64,000 nucleotides of DNA from Comamonadaceae bacterium CG12_big_fil_rev_8_21_14_0_65_59_15 (GCA_002786915.1 PCUV01000104.1:8934-72933); one strand, 5' to 3'. Shown: positions 1 to 11,159, counted from the first letter of the stretch. The notes: generated from the sequence alone by a model not told the origin. Numbers and translations: made by a program.

Positions 1-546
1 GCCCCCCAACACGCCTTTGACTTGCCCCCGCGCGTTGTGCAACGGTACCAACAGCGAAAAAGCTGCCAGCTTACCCCCTTGCAGCAGCAGAACCCGGCCA
101 ACGTGTTCTTTGCCCGTACCCAGTACCTCTGCCAAATCCTTCGGGTCCACCACACTGCCACCGAGGTCGTCAGTTTTCTCAGGCGCGTCTGACATTAAAC
201 CGCCTTGCGCATCCCAGACTTTCACACCGCCATTGAAGACATCTGTCAAATAGGCGTTTTGACTCAGTAACTGCTGTACCGCTTGTGCGCTGTCGAAGGG
301 TAGTACCAAGGTGCTGACCGCCGCCTTTTTGAGCGCTTGGAAACGTTCTTCGAGCCCCCGCTTCACTTCGGATGTCAACAGCCTCAGCACCGAACGCTGC
401 TGCTCGCCCGCAAACACCAGCAGTTGGTCTTGCATCAGGCCTTTGACAAAGGCGGCCATGGCCAAAAACGCCAGCAACACAATGCCCAACACCAGCAAAA
501 TGATGCGGGCTTTGAGCGAATTCAGTTGAAAACGTGGCAAGGCCAT
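1..546 (-). CDS. N-terminal part of a membrane sensor protein (TM helix plus Cache-like periplasmic domain); runs off the window edge
   Basis: Manual minus-strand translation MALPRFQLNSLKARIILLVLGIVLLAFLAMAAFVKGLMQDQLL..., open to the window edge; alternative ATG at 579. Output domain not visible. Confidence 0.65.
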   Translation of the reverse strand, partial: MALPRFQLNSLKARIILLVLGIVLLAFLAMAAFVKGLMQDQLLVFAGEQQRSVLRLLTSEVKRGLEERFQALKKAAVSTLVLPFDSAQAVQQLLSQNAYLTDVFNGGVKVWDAQGGLMSDAPEKTDDLGGSVVDPKDLAEVLGTGKEHVGRVLLLQGGKLAAFSLLVPLHNARGQVKGVLGG

Positions 547-672
547 GTATGCGGTGTGCAGCGAACTGAAAATGGTCATTATGCGGCCAAGCAAAAGTCC
601 ATGCAGGGGCCAGCCTTGGCCCGCATGTCCCTGCAAACCCCGGGTTTGAGTGCCAACTAGGACAATCCCGCC

Positions 673-2154
673 ATGCACTACCGTTCTACCCCGGCCCAGC
701 TCGTCAACACCCCCCTCAATTGGAACAACCGTTTTCACCAGTTGGGTGCGGGCTTTTACACCCCGCTGATGCCACAGCCGGTGCCCTCCCCCTACTGGGT
801 GGCTCACAGCCAGCCAGCCGCACAACTGCTGGGGCTGAACGACGACTGGGTGAAAAGCAACGCGCTGCTGCAAGCTTTCAGCGGCAACCAGATTTTGGCG
901 GGGTGCCAACCGCTGGCCAGCGTGTACAGCGGCCACCAGTTTGGCCAATGGGCCGGGCAATTGGGCGACGGCCGCGCCCTGTTGCTGGGCGAGGCCAACG
1001 GGCTTGAAGTGCAATTAAAGGGCTCTGGCCTGACGCCCTATTCACGCATGGGCGACGGGCGCGCCGTGCTGCGCAGCAGCATCCGGGAGTTTTTGTGCAG
1101 CGAAGCCATGCAAGCGCTGGGCATCCCCACCACACGCGCGCTGTGCGTCACGGGTTCCGACTTGCCGGTGCGCCGCGAAACCATGGAAACCGCTGCCGTG
1201 GTGACGCGCGTGGCGCCAAGTTTTATCCGCTTTGGTCACTTTGAACACTTTGCCGCACGCGGTCAGACCGACGCACTGCGCACCTTGGCCGACTATGTCA
1301 TCGAGCGCTATTACCCGGCCTGCCTTCACACCGAAGCACCCGGCGGCAACGCCTATGCCGCTTTGTTGCAACAAGTGGTCGAGCGCACGGCGCTGATGCT
1401 GGCGCACTGGCAGGCAGTGGGCTTTTGCCACGGGGTGATGAACACCGACAACATGAACATTTTGGGCCTGACACTCGACTACGGGCCGTTTGCCTTGATG
1501 GATGCATTCAACCCGGGGCACATCTGCAACCATACCGACCACGCCGGACGCTATGCGTTTGACGCGCAACCCGACATCGCGCACTGGAACCTGTACGCGC
1601 TGGCGCAGGCCCTGCTGCCGCTGGTTGAAAGCCAGGAGTTGGCATTGCAGGCGCTGGATACTTTCAAGCCCTTGTTTGCGAAGCACTACCACCGCCTGAT
1701 GTGTGCCAAGCTGGGGCTGCGTGAAGACTCGAGCGCAGACGCAGGCACATTGATTGAGGACCTGCTGGTGCTGCTGGCGCACGACCGCGTGGACTACCCC
1801 ATCTTCTGGCGCCGCTTGAGTCATGCACGCATGCAGAGCCACTACGAACCGGTGCGCGACCTGTTCATCGACCGGCTCGCCTGGGACGCCTGGCTGCTAC
1901 GCTATCAAGAGCTGATAGCACTTTACCAACAAGGGCCAGAGGCCGATTTGATGCTTAAAACCAACCCCAAGTACGTGCTGCGCAACTACCTGTGTGAAGA
2001 AGCCATTGAGGCCGCACGGCACAAGGATTTTTCGGCCGTGCAGCGCCTGTTGCAGGTCGTTACGCACCCGTTTGACGAGCAGCCGCAGGCGCAGGCGATG
2101 GCGGGTTTTCCGCCCGAATGGGCCAGCCGCATCGAGATCAGTTGCAGTTCATGA
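673..2154 (+). CDS. selO: Protein adenylyltransferase SelO (YdiU family)
   Basis: [47 protein letters not shown] motifs; C-terminal SCSS. Confidence 0.97.
   Translation: MHYRSTPAQLVNTPLNWNNRFHQLGAGFYTPLMPQPVPSPYWVAHSQPAAQLLGLNDDWVKSNALLQAFSGNQILAGCQPLASVYSGHQFGQWAGQLGDGRALLLGEANGLEVQLKGSGLTPYSRMGDGRAVLRSSIREFLCSEAMQALGIPTTRALCVTGSDLPVRRETMETAAVVTRVAPSFIRFGHFEHFAARGQTDALRTLADYVIERYYPACLHTEAPGGNAYAALLQQVVERTALMLAHWQAVGFCHGVMNTDNMNILGLTLDYGPFALMDAFNPGHICNHTDHAGRYAFDAQPDIAHWNLYALAQALLPLVESQELALQALDTFKPLFAKHYHRLMCAKLGLREDSSADAGTLIEDLLVLLAHDRVDYPIFWRRLSHARMQSHYEPVRDLFIDRLAWDAWLLRYQELIALYQQGPEADLMLKTNPKYVLRNYLCEEAIEAARHKDFSAVQRLLQVVTHPFDEQPQAQAMAGFPPEWASRIEISCSS
1895..1960 (+). repeat. ~60-bp fixed-spacing dispersed motif, copy inside selO
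   Basis: TGCTAC-N7-AGAGCT-N17-AAGGGCCAGAGGCCGATTT. Confidence 0.7.
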
Positions 2155-2187
2155 CCTTTTAAAAAACCTTTTCAAGGACTTCTTGCC

Positions 2188-2598
2188 ATGACTTTCCCGA
2201 TCCACAAACCCGATGACCAATGGCTGACCGAGTTGCAAGCCAACCCCAACGCCGAACCCGTGGTGTACCAGGTCACACGCCACAAGGCCACCGAGCGCCC
2301 TTTTAGCGGCAAGTACGAACGCCATTGGGCAGATGGCAGCTACCACTGCATCTGCTGCGGCAACAAGCTGTTTGACTCGGGCACCAAGTTCGACGCGCAC
2401 TGTGGCTGGCCAAGTTTTTCGCAAGCGTTGCCCGGTGCCATCACAGAGATCACCGACCGCAGCCACGGCATGGTCCGGGTGGAAACCGTGTGCAGCCAGT
2501 GCGGCGCGCATCTGGGCCATGTGTTTGACGACGGCCCCACCAACACGGGCTTGCGCTACTGCATGAACTCGGCTTCGTTAAACTTCACCCCTGCATGA
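2188..2598 (+). CDS. msrB: Peptide-methionine (R)-S-oxide reductase
   Basis: TERPFSG, two CxxC, CGWPSF, HLGHVF, RYCMNS. Confidence 0.97.
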   Translation: MTFPIHKPDDQWLTELQANPNAEPVVYQVTRHKATERPFSGKYERHWADGSYHCICCGNKLFDSGTKFDAHCGWPSFSQALPGAITEITDRSHGMVRVETVCSQCGAHLGHVFDDGPTNTGLRYCMNSASLNFTPA

Positions 2599-3143
2599 AG
2601 ATCCTGATCGACTTTTTCCCCATCCTGCTGTTTTTCGGTGCGTACAAGTTGTACGACATCTACGCGGGCACCGCCGTGCTGATGGCCGCCACCGTGGTGC
2701 AGATGGCACTGATCTACGGCATCGACCACAAACTAAGCGCCATGCACAAGGCCACGCTGGCGCTGGTGCTGGTGTTTGGTACGCTCACGCTGGTGTTGCA
2801 CGACGAGCGTTTCATCAAATGGAAGCCCACCGTGCTGTACGCGGCCATGGCGTTGGCGCTGGCTGTGGCGGTGTGGGTCTACAAAAAAAACTTCCTGAAG
2901 ATGCTGCTGGGCAGCCAGCTCACCCTGCCAGAGCCGGTGTGGATGCGGCTAAACGCCATCTGGGTCGGCTACTGCGCCTTCATGGCGGCCATCAACGGCT
3001 ACGTGGCGGCCTTTTACAGTACCGAAGCGTGGGGCAACTTCAAGCTGTGGGGGTATGCTTTTCCGCTGATTTTCATCATCGGCCAGGGCTTTTACATTGC
3101 GCGCTACCTCAAGGCCGACGAAGCGCAACCGCCCACGCCATGA
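2595..3143 (+). CDS. yciB: Intracellular septation protein A (YciB/IspZ)
   Basis: [14 protein letters not shown] start, FIKWKPT, W.NFKLWG; overlaps msrB stop. Confidence 0.93.
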   Translation: MKILIDFFPILLFFGAYKLYDIYAGTAVLMAATVVQMALIYGIDHKLSAMHKATLALVLVFGTLTLVLHDERFIKWKPTVLYAAMALALAVAVWVYKKNFLKMLLGSQLTLPEPVWMRLNAIWVGYCAFMAAINGYVAAFYSTEAWGNFKLWGYAFPLIFIIGQGFYIARYLKADEAQPPTP

Positions 3144-3430
3144 CCAACCCTGCAACTTTTCCCACCGTCGACCAATTGCAAGCCAGATTGCAAGAAGTCT
3201 TGCAACCCAGCACGCTGCAAGTGATCGACGAAAGCAACCTGCACCACGGCCACGCAGGCGCCAATGGCACGGGTTCTGGCACGCATTTCAGGGTGCGTAT
3301 TGCTTCACATTTTTTTACCGGCAAAAGCCGCGTGGCGCGCCATCGCCTTGTGTATGATGCGCTGCAAGATTTCATGGCTGCGGGTCTGCACGCGTTGGCC
3401 ATCGAAGCCGAAACGCCCTCCATCCACTGA
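3140..3430 (+). CDS. bolA: BolA family protein
   Basis: [35 protein letters not shown]; ATG at 3140 overlaps yciB stop. Confidence 0.93.
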   Translation: MTNPATFPTVDQLQARLQEVLQPSTLQVIDESNLHHGHAGANGTGSGTHFRVRIASHFFTGKSRVARHRLVYDALQDFMAAGLHALAIEAETPSIH

Positions 3431-3473
3431 TGCGGCTGACTTATTTTTTTCTTTTTTAACCCAGGAAATTCGC

Positions 3474-4259
3474 ATGAAGAACAAGCTTGTGACAAGTTTT
3501 GCGCTGGCCGCTTTGCTAAGCGCGCTCGCACCCGTGGGCTACGCCCAGAACGTGGCCATCGTGAACGGCAAGGCCGTGCCCAAAGCGCGTGTCGAGGCGC
3601 TCAGCCAGCAGGTGGCGCGCTCAGGTCAGCAGATCACGCCTGAACTTGAACAGCAGATCAAAAACGAGATCATCACGCGTGAAATCTTCATGCAGGAAGC
3701 CCAGAAAAAAGGACTGGAAACCTCAGCAAGCTTTCGTGCCCAGATGGAACTGGCACGCCAATCGATCCTGATCCGTGAACTGTTTACCAACTACCAGACC
3801 ACTAACGCAGTGACCGACGAAGAAATCAAGGCCGAGTACGACAAATTCGTCGCGGCCAACGTCGGCAAGGAATACCGCGCCAGCCACATCTTGGTCGAGA
3901 AGGAAGCCGAAGCGCAAGCCATTCTTGCAGAGCTCAAAAAAGGCGGTAACTTTTCAGATATCGCCAAAAAGTCCAGCAAGGACCCAGGTTCTGGTGCCAA
4001 AGGCGGTGACCTGGACTGGGCCCCGGCCAGCAACTACGTGGCTGAATTTGCCCACGCCTTGACCAGTATGACCAAGGGCCAGACCAGCGAAGCCCCCGTT
4101 AAATCACAGTTTGGCTACCACATCATCCGTCTGGACGACGTGCGTGACGCCCAGTTGCCAACGCTGGAACAGGTCAAACCACAGGTCAAGCAGCAACTGG
4201 AACAGAAAAAACTGGCGAAGTACCAGGAAGCATTGCGCAGCAAGGCCCGTGTCGAATAA
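3474..4259 (+). CDS. Periplasmic parvulin (PpiC-type) peptidyl-prolyl isomerase
   Basis: Signal peptide; YRASHILVE, SKDPGS..GGDLDW, SQFGYHIIRL. Confidence 0.92.
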   Translation: MKNKLVTSFALAALLSALAPVGYAQNVAIVNGKAVPKARVEALSQQVARSGQQITPELEQQIKNEIITREIFMQEAQKKGLETSASFRAQMELARQSILIRELFTNYQTTNAVTDEEIKAEYDKFVAANVGKEYRASHILVEKEAEAQAILAELKKGGNFSDIAKKSSKDPGSGAKGGDLDWAPASNYVAEFAHALTSMTKGQTSEAPVKSQFGYHIIRLDDVRDAQLPTLEQVKPQVKQQLEQKKLAKYQEALRSKARVE

Positions 4260-4352
4260 CTACCGGACGTGACAGGCGGCAGACCAGAGTCAGGCCCTCT
4301 GGTTTGAGTCGATGTCGTTGTCTCACCCGTCAATGCCCGGCTGTCATCCTGG

Positions 4353-4778
4353 ATGAGTACGCACAGCATCAGTGACTCCGTGTTGGTCGCGTGCCTGTGC
4401 GCCCAATGGTGCGGTGTTTGCCGCGACTATCGACAACGCTTTGACGAGGTGCGCGGATTGGTGCAGGCCGAACATCCGCAGGTGCAATTCTTGTGGATCG
4501 ACATCGAGGACGAAGCCGATCTGTTGGGCCCGGTGGACGTAGAAGACTTTCCCACAATACTGCTGGCGCGTGGGTCGCAACCGCATTTTTTTGGCCCGCT
4601 TACGCCGCAGGTATCGACCCTGGTGCGCATGATCGACACGCAAGCGCTGGACGCCAGCGCCAAGGCGCTCACCAGCCCCGAGCTGGTGGCGCTGGTGCCG
4701 CGCATCCGCGCAGCTTATCCGGCCAGTGCGTTGCCGGCGGCGTCAAACAGCCCTTCAAACAGCACCGAGCTCAGGTAG
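4353..4778 (+). CDS. Thioredoxin family protein
   Basis: [25 protein letters not shown]; 3' end overlaps convergent cysK by 64 bp. Confidence 0.85.
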   Translation: MSTHSISDSVLVACLCAQWCGVCRDYRQRFDEVRGLVQAEHPQVQFLWIDIEDEADLLGPVDVEDFPTILLARGSQPHFFGPLTPQVSTLVRMIDTQALDASAKALTSPELVALVPRIRAAYPASALPAASNSPSNSTELR

Positions 4779-5695
4779 CGCTCACCCGAGTCGGGCAACA
4801 CCACCACAATGGTCTTACCCGCGTTCTCCGGGCGCTGCGCCACGCGTACCGCCACCGCTGCGGCCGCACCACAACTGATGCCGCACAAGATACCTTCTTC
4901 ACGCGCGAGGCGGCGCGCAAACGCCACCGCGTCTTCGCTGCTGATCTGCTCCACCGCGTCAATCAGCGACAGGTCCAGCACGCCGGGCACAAAGCCGGCA
5001 CCGATGCCCTGGATCTTGTGCGGGCCGGGTTGAATGGCTTGGCCAGCGCGTGCTTGCGTGAGCACCGGGCTGGTGGTGGGCTCTACCGCAATCGACTGGA
5101 TGGCTTTGCCCTGTGTGCGCTTGAGGTAGCGTGTGACGCCGGTGATGGTGCCGCCGGTGCCCACACCGCTGACAAAAATATCGACCTTGCCGTCGGTGTC
5201 TTGCCAGATTTCGGGGCCAGTCGTCGCTTCGTGAATGGCCGGGTTGGCCGGGTTGGTGAACTGTTGCAGCAGCACGTATTTGGGGTCACTGGCGGCAATT
5301 TCTTCGGCCTTGGCAATGGCGCCTTTCATGCCTTTGGCGCCTTCGGTCAGCACCAGTTTGGCGCCGTAGGCCAGCAGCAGTTTGCGCCGCTCGATGCTCA
5401 TGGTGTCGGGCATGGTCAGCGTGATCGGAATGCCGCGCGCGGCCGCCACAAAGGCCAGCGCAATGCCGGTGTTGCCGCTGGTCGGTTCCACAATCTCCTT
5501 GCCCGGGCCGAGCAGGCCACGCTTTTCGGCGTCCCACACCATGGCCGCGCCAATGCGGCACTTGACCGAATACGCCGGGTTGCGGCCTTCAATCTTGGCC
5601 AGCACGGTGGCCTTGGCACCGTCGGTGACGCGGTTCAGGCGCACCAGCGGCGTGCGGCCGATGGACAGCGAGTTGTCATTGAAAAAGTTAGCCAT
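4715..5695 (-). CDS. cysK: Cysteine synthase A
   Basis: [19 protein letters not shown] (PLP Lys), [31 protein letters not shown]. Confidence 0.97.
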   Translation of the reverse strand: MANFFNDNSLSIGRTPLVRLNRVTDGAKATVLAKIEGRNPAYSVKCRIGAAMVWDAEKRGLLGPGKEIVEPTSGNTGIALAFVAAARGIPITLTMPDTMSIERRKLLLAYGAKLVLTEGAKGMKGAIAKAEEIAASDPKYVLLQQFTNPANPAIHEATTGPEIWQDTDGKVDIFVSGVGTGGTITGVTRYLKRTQGKAIQSIAVEPTTSPVLTQARAGQAIQPGPHKIQGIGAGFVPGVLDLSLIDAVEQISSEDAVAFARRLAREEGILCGISCGAAAAVAVRVAQRPENAGKTIVVVLPDSGERYLSSVLFEGLFDAAGNALAG

Positions 5696-5778
5696 TCGAT
5701 GCTCCTTAAAAAATAGTTGTCAATGCAATGATGACGTGGATCGGGATAAATTTGTTCTCGCGCCAAGTCGTTGCTTTA

Positions 5779-5865
5779 CCGTCATTCCCGCGGAGGCATT
5801 CGCCGTCATTCCCGCGCAGGCGGGAATCTAGTGCGCGCTGGATTCCCGCCTGCGCGGGAATGACG
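5779..5865. repeat. REP-like hairpin (GTCATTCCCGCGCAGGCGGGAATC family) with an extra partial copy
   Basis: Perfect 25-bp inverted arms at 5804-5828 and 5841-5865; partial direct copy at 5779-5797; ATTCCC-N8-GGGAAT core. Confidence 0.9.
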
Positions 5866-5895
5866 AAGATGGCTGAGCACAAACTTACCCTGCTA

Positions 5896-7191
5896 TCAGA
5901 CGGCTTCCAGCGCTTGCGTCAAATCAGCCAGCAGGTCGTCAATGTGTTCGATGCCGATCGACAGGCGCACGGCATCTTCCGGGATGCCTGCCTTGGCCAG
6001 TTCATCCGGCGACAACTGCCGGTGCGTGGTGGAGGCCGGGTGCGTGGCCAGCGACTTGGAATCGCCAATATTGACCAGCCGGGTAAAAAGTTTGAGTGCA
6101 TCCAGAAAAGCGGCCCCGGCCACACGGCCCTGTCCCGCCACAGCCTTGACGCCAAAGGTAAACAGGCCCGACGCCTTGCCGCCCATGTACTTTTGCGCCA
6201 GCGCATGGTCTGGATGGTTCGGCAAACCGGCGTAGCTGACCCAAGCCACCTTGGGATGGTTCTGCAAATACTGCGTGATCTGGGCCGTGTTGTCGTTGAT
6301 GCGATCCATGCGCAGCGCCAGCGTCTCGATGCCTTGCAAGATCAAGAAAGCGTTGAAAGGCGACAGCGCTGCGCCCATGTTGCGCAGCGGCACCACGCGC
6401 GCGCGCCCAATGTACGCGGCCGGGCCAAGTGCTTCGGTATAGACCACGCCGTGGTAACTCACGTCCGGCTCGTTCAGGCGTTTGAAGCGCGCCTTGTGCT
6501 GCGCCCACGGGAACTTGCCCGAATCAACAATGGCCCCGCCAATGCTGTTGCCGTGACCACCCAAATATTTGGTAAGCGACTGCACCACGATGTCGGCGCC
6601 GTGCTCAATCGGGCGCCACAGGTAGGGCGTGGCCACCGTGTTATCTACGATCAACGGCACGCCGTTGCGGTGCGCCACCTCTGCAATGGCGGCAATGTCT
6701 GAAAGCCGCCCCTGCGGGTTGCTGATCGATTCGACATACACCGCCTTGGTCTTGTCGTCGATCTGCGCCTGCAAGGCGGCCAGATCATTAGGGTCAACAA
6801 AACGCACCTGAATGCCCAGTTGCGGAAAGGTGTGCGCAAACAGGTTGTAGGTGCCACCGTACAGCGCCTTGCTGGCCACAATGTTGTCGCCCACCTCGGC
6901 AATGGTCTGGATCGCGTACGTCACCGCCGCCGAACCCGAGGCCAGCGCCAGCCCGGCAATGCCCCCTTCGAGCGCGGCCAGACGCTGCTCGAGCACGTCG
7001 TTGGTGGGGTTCATGATGCGGGTGTAGATGTTGCCCGGCACCTTCAGGTCAAACAGGTCGGCGCCGTGTTGCGCACTGTCAAAGGCGTAGGCCACGGTCT
7101 GGTAGATCGGCACCGCCACCGATTTGGTGGTGGGGTCCGGGCTGTAACCGGCGTGCACCGATTGGGTTTCAAATTTCCAGTTGGCTGACAT
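5896..7191 (-). CDS. metY: O-acetylhomoserine aminocarboxypropyltransferase (sulfhydrylase)
   Basis: VPIYQT, GNIYTRIMNPT, SLTKYLGGHG, LVNIGDSKSLATHPASTTH. Confidence 0.95.
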   Translation of the reverse strand: MSANWKFETQSVHAGYSPDPTTKSVAVPIYQTVAYAFDSAQHGADLFDLKVPGNIYTRIMNPTNDVLEQRLAALEGGIAGLALASGSAAVTYAIQTIAEVGDNIVASKALYGGTYNLFAHTFPQLGIQVRFVDPNDLAALQAQIDDKTKAVYVESISNPQGRLSDIAAIAEVAHRNGVPLIVDNTVATPYLWRPIEHGADIVVQSLTKYLGGHGNSIGGAIVDSGKFPWAQHKARFKRLNEPDVSYHGVVYTEALGPAAYIGRARVVPLRNMGAALSPFNAFLILQGIETLALRMDRINDNTAQITQYLQNHPKVAWVSYAGLPNHPDHALAQKYMGGKASGLFTFGVKAVAGQGRVAGAAFLDALKLFTRLVNIGDSKSLATHPASTTHRQLSPDELAKAGIPEDAVRLSIGIEHIDDLLADLTQALEAV

Positions 7192-7335
7192 GCGTGGTTT
7201 CTCCGTGTGTTAATGGATGTTTGAAAGCAAGGCCCGAACTCTAACGGCCTTTGGTCACAATTCAAACGATTGAATGGTAAGTTCCTTACAACTAAAAATT
7301 GTTAAGAAACGCAGGGGAATGAGAATCTCGGGTTA

Positions 7336-7552
7336 AACCCGCACGGCGACTGGCTTTGGCGGCCTCCTCATACTGGAGTACCAGAAATCGTCGGCCGCCA
7401 AAGCCAGCCACCGCGCTAGACAGCGTCGTAGTTGATGATCAAACGCAGAACCGCTAGCCGGATGGGGCCCACAGGTGAGCGCCGATTTCGGGTACCCCCG
7501 TATGAGGCGCTCGCCTGTGGGCCCCGTCCGGCGGGTTGCAGCACAAGGCTTG
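7336..7552 (+). repeat. 217-bp structured dispersed repeat (REPIN/MITE-like), copy 1
   Basis: Colinear with 50422-50638; two long hairpins; AACCCGC/GCGGGTT ends. Confidence 0.85.
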
Positions 7553-7557
7553 GACTC

Positions 7558-7593
7558 GGGTTTGGGTTTGGGTTTGGGTTTGGGTTTGGGTTT
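7558..7593 (+). repeat. (GGGTTT)6 tandem repeat, potential G-quadruplex
   Basis: Six perfect units followed by a degenerate GGTTTTG. Confidence 0.95.
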
Positions 7594-7627
7594 GGTTTTG
7601 ACCTGTCACCATTGATAATTCAGCCCC

Positions 7628-9667
7628 ATGTCCCCCCTGCCCCACCAACTCGAACTGTTAGCCCCCGCGCGCGACGCAGCCATTGGCGTGGAAGCCGTCA
7701 ACCACGGGGCCGACGCGGTGTACATTGGCGGGCCGGGCTTTGGGGCCCGCTCCAGCGCTGACAATTCTGTAGCAGACATCGCCCGCTTGGTAAGCCACGC
7801 ACATCGTTTCAACAGCCGCATTTTGGTCACGCTCAACACCATTCTGCGCGACGACGAGCTCGAGCCAGCGCGCAAGCTGGCCTGGCAGTTGTATGACGCG
7901 GGCGCAGACGCGCTGATCATCCAGGACATGGGCCTGCTGGAGCTGGATTTGCCACCGATTCAGCTCCACGCCAGCACGCAATGCGACATCCGCACGCCCG
8001 AGAAAGCGCGTTTTTTGCAAGACGTGGGGCTGAACCAGATCGTGCTGGCGCGTGAGCTCACCTTGGCGCAGATTGCCGCCATCCGCGCCGCCACCGACCC
8101 CGGCCGCTGTACGCTTGAGTTTTTTGTGCACGGTGCGCTGTGCGTGGCTTACAGCGGCCAGTGTTTCATCTCTGAGGCCCACACCGGGCGCAGCGCCAAC
8201 CGGGGTGAATGCAGCCAGGCTTGCCGCCTGCCCTACCAGGTGGTCGATGACAAGGGCCGCTTTGCGGCACATGACAAACACGTTTTGAGCATGAAAGACA
8301 ACAACCAGAGCGCCAACATTACCGCGCTGGTCGATGCCGGCGTGCGCAGCTTCAAGATCGAAGGCCGCTACAAAGACATGGCCTACGTCAAAAACATCAC
8401 CGCACATTACCGCACGCTGCTTGACGCGCTGATCGAAGAACGCCAGCAGTCAGACCAACCCCTGGCGCGCGCCAGCAGTGGCCGTACCACCTTTACCTTC
8501 ACCCCCGACCCCAACCAGAACTTCAACCGCGCGTTCACCGACTACTTTGTCAACGGCCGTCAGGACGATATTGGCGCGTTTGACAGCCCCAAAAATCCGG
8601 GCCAACCCATTGGCTACGTGCTGCAGACCGGCCCCAACTGGGTTGAGCTGGAACTGGCCAACCGCACAACCGAGCTGCACAACGGCGACGGTCTGTGCTA
8701 CTACGACCTGCAAAAAGAGCTGGTCGGCCTGGCCATCAACCGCGCCGAGCTGATCAGCGCCAAAAAAGCCCGCTGGCGCGTGTTCCCCAAAGACGCGCTG
8801 GCCACTTTGAAGGATTTGCGCAAGGGGGTAGAGGTCAACCGCAATCGCGATGTGGCGTGGTTGCGCCAGCTCGACAAAAAGTCCAGTGACCGGCGCATCA
8901 GCGTCTGGGCACAGGTGCGTGTGTTGCCAGAAACCATCGAGTTGACCCTGACCGACGAAGACGGCCACAGCGCCACGGTGCAGCAGGCTTTTGCATCGGC
9001 CAACCGCCAACACAGTGACGATGCTGATGCCGTGCAGGCCCAGGTCAGCGCTCAGATCAGCCGCTTGGGTACAACTGATTTCATAGCGACTCACACAGGT
9101 ATTGACTGGGCTACAGGCCAATTTGGCCTATGTGTTTTGCCCAGCTCGCTGCTCAACGCGCTGCGCCGCGAGGCAGTGGATGCGCTGACCGCTGCACGCG
9201 CCAAAGCCTTCACCCCCCTGCCCCGCGCCGCGCCCGTGGAGCCGCCTGCACCCTACCCCGAGGACACGCTGAGCTACCTGGCCAACGTCTATAACCACAA
9301 GGCGCGTGACTTTTATGCGCGCCACGGCGTGAAAGTGATCGACGCAGCCTTTGAGAACCACCAGGAAACCGGCGAAGTCAGCCTGATGATCACGAAACAC
9401 TGCGTGCGCTATTCGCTCAGCCTGTGCCCCAAGCAGGCCAAGGGGGTGATTGGCGTGCAGGGCCAGGTGCGCGCCGAACCGCTGCAATTGGTCAACGGCA
9501 AAGACACCTTCACCCTGCGTTTTGACTGCAAGCCGTGCGAGATGCACGTCATGGGCCAATTGAAGCCAACTGCTGCCAAGCAGGCGCACGCCCTGCAATT
9601 GGCCAACGCGCACGGCGCACCGCTGACCTTTTACAAAACCCGCCCGCAGAGCAAGCTCAGAACCTAA
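7628..9667 (+). CDS. rlhA: U32 family protein, RlhA-like 23S rRNA C2501 hydroxylation protein
   Basis: LELLAPA, GADAVYIG, LHASTQCD, EFFVHGALCVAYSGQC, RSANRGECSQACR, SFKIEGR; long C-terminal extension. Confidence 0.85.
   Translation: MSPLPHQLELLAPARDAAIGVEAVNHGADAVYIGGPGFGARSSADNSVADIARLVSHAHRFNSRILVTLNTILRDDELEPARKLAWQLYDAGADALIIQDMGLLELDLPPIQLHASTQCDIRTPEKARFLQDVGLNQIVLARELTLAQIAAIRAATDPGRCTLEFFVHGALCVAYSGQCFISEAHTGRSANRGECSQACRLPYQVVDDKGRFAAHDKHVLSMKDNNQSANITALVDAGVRSFKIEGRYKDMAYVKNITAHYRTLLDALIEERQQSDQPLARASSGRTTFTFTPDPNQNFNRAFTDYFVNGRQDDIGAFDSPKNPGQPIGYVLQTGPNWVELELANRTTELHNGDGLCYYDLQKELVGLAINRAELISAKKARWRVFPKDALATLKDLRKGVEVNRNRDVAWLRQLDKKSSDRRISVWAQVRVLPETIELTLTDEDGHSATVQQAFASANRQHSDDADAVQAQVSAQISRLGTTDFIATHTGIDWATGQFGLCVLPSSLLNALRREAVDALTAARAKAFTPLPRAAPVEPPAPYPEDTLSYLANVYNHKARDFYARHGVKVIDAAFENHQETGEVSLMITKHCVRYSLSLCPKQAKGVIGVQGQVRAEPLQLVNGKDTFTLRFDCKPCEMHVMGQLKPTAAKQAHALQLANAHGAPLTFYKTRPQSKLRT
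9072..9132 (+). repeat. ~60-bp fixed-spacing motif, copy inside rlhA
   Basis: ATAGCG-N17-CTGGGCTACAGGCCAATTT. Confidence 0.7.
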
Positions 9668-11159
9668 GCGCGCGCACCTGGCTTGAAAGCGCCATCTTGC
9701 CATTGGCGAACTGGCTGCGGTGGCGGTCCAGCAGCTTCAGGTCGTACAGGTAGTTGACCATCATGCCGTACGACTGGCGTAACCCCTTGTCAGAGAAATC
9801 ACCGCCCCAATTGATGCGTTCAATGCGCGCCCCGTTGCCCAGATGAAAGCGCGCCACCGGGTCCACCGGCCGGCCATGGCGCAGTTCATGGCCCAGATAA
9901 TGCGCCGCGCACTGCGCCAGCCATTGGCGCAGGGCAGACTTTTCATCCAGCTGCGCTGCGCGCTGTGCCGCCGCCAGCAGGTCCGCCGCAACGAACTTGG
10001 CGTTGCATAGCTCGGCCGCCAGCGCGGCGCGCGCTTTGTCTTCCAATCCGTCGACCATGCGCTGCGCATTCTGGCCCAGCCAATAACGAAAACCCGGCAT
10101 GGGTGACAAGGTGGCAAACACCTTGAGCTGCGCAAACTCCCATTTCAGCGTTTCCACCACCTGCTTGATCAGCGAATCACCAAAGCTGACGCCGTGCAGT
10201 CCACGCTGTGTGTTGCTGATGGAATAAAAAATGGCGCACTGTGCCTTGTGGATGTCGGCTGCTGCAGCCGATTCGTCCAACAGCGGCGCAATGGTCTGCG
10301 GCAGCGCGTCAAGCAGAGCGACCTCCACAAAAATCAGCGGCTCATTGGGCAGGCGCGGATGGAAAAAACCGTAACAGCGGCGATCTGAATCGAGCCGGTT
10401 CTTCAAGTCGCTCCAGCCACGGATGTCGTGCACCGCCTCGTACTGAATCAGTTTTTCAAGCAGCGACGCGGGCGAATCCCAGCAGATGCGTCGCAGCTCC
10501 AGAAAAGCCACGTCAAACCAGGTTGAAAAAAGTGCCTCGAGCTCACCGTCAAGTGCCAGCAGACACGGATCGTCGTGTGACTCCAGCAACAACTGGGCAC
10601 GCAGATCGACTAGAAACCGCACGCCGCAATCAAACGCAGCAAAGCGCTGCAACAGGCGCGCGCGCGGCGACTCCAGCGCCTGCCTCAAGGCCACTTCGGC
10701 GGCACCCGCCTGCGCCGTCTCGCGTACCGATGCATACCGCGCGTGCGCCGCAGCGACCTGCGCTGCGTCGGGTGCAAACTGTTCGCTCATCAGTAGCCAG
10801 CAATCACGCCGCTGCGCCAAAGGTGCCTTGGCATACCAGGCGGCAAACTCGGCTGCGCGGCGACCGCCTTCGACCTCGCTGACGCGCTCATCCAGAATGG
10901 CACGCAGTTGCGCCAGCGTGTTGCGTAAATGCCGCGGTGACATGGTTTCTTCCCCTCGGCGCAGACTCGCCGCCAACCGCTGCGTCGTCGAACGCAGTGC
11001 CGCAACCGGGTGCTTGGACGACTGCACGACAGCGCCGACGGCATCCACAGGTGAAGCCGCAGACGTCTGCTTGTCAGCCACACGCGCCAGCTTGCGCCAG
11101 GAAACACTGGTGGGAATCCAGTGTGACACGTTACGGCTGATCCACTCTGCGGAATTCAT
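9657..11159 (-). CDS. Malonyl-CoA decarboxylase
   Basis: LEKLIQYEAVH, RRCYGFFHP, EPLIFVEVAL, FYSISNTQ.GL.GVSFG, TLSP, DPVARFHLGNGA. Confidence 0.95.
   Translation of the reverse strand: MNSAEWISRNVSHWIPTSVSWRKLARVADKQTSAASPVDAVGAVVQSSKHPVAALRSTTQRLAASLRRGEETMSPRHLRNTLAQLRAILDERVSEVEGGRRAAEFAAWYAKAPLAQRRDCWLLMSEQFAPDAAQVAAAHARYASVRETAQAGAAEVALRQALESPRARLLQRFAAFDCGVRFLVDLRAQLLLESHDDPCLLALDGELEALFSTWFDVAFLELRRICWDSPASLLEKLIQYEAVHDIRGWSDLKNRLDSDRRCYGFFHPRLPNEPLIFVEVALLDALPQTIAPLLDESAAAADIHKAQCAIFYSISNTQRGLHGVSFGDSLIKQVVETLKWEFAQLKVFATLSPMPGFRYWLGQNAQRMVDGLEDKARAALAAELCNAKFVAADLLAAAQRAAQLDEKSALRQWLAQCAAHYLGHELRHGRPVDPVARFHLGNGARIERINWGGDFSDKGLRQSYGMMVNYLYDLKLLDRHRSQFANGKMALSSQVRALRF

Noticed and set aside
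2140-2154. Selenocysteine read-through at the selO TGA
   Set aside because: The bacterial SCSS end is normal and no SECIS-like element is evident.
4715-4778. 64-bp convergent overlap of thioredoxin and cysK
   Set aside because: Probably a neutral stop-codon extension; the tail is low-complexity.
7255-7310. Riboswitch upstream of metY
   Set aside because: Only short AT-rich palindromes (ATTCAA-N4-TTGAAT), compatible with LysR-type sites; no SAM or B12 aptamer pattern recognised.
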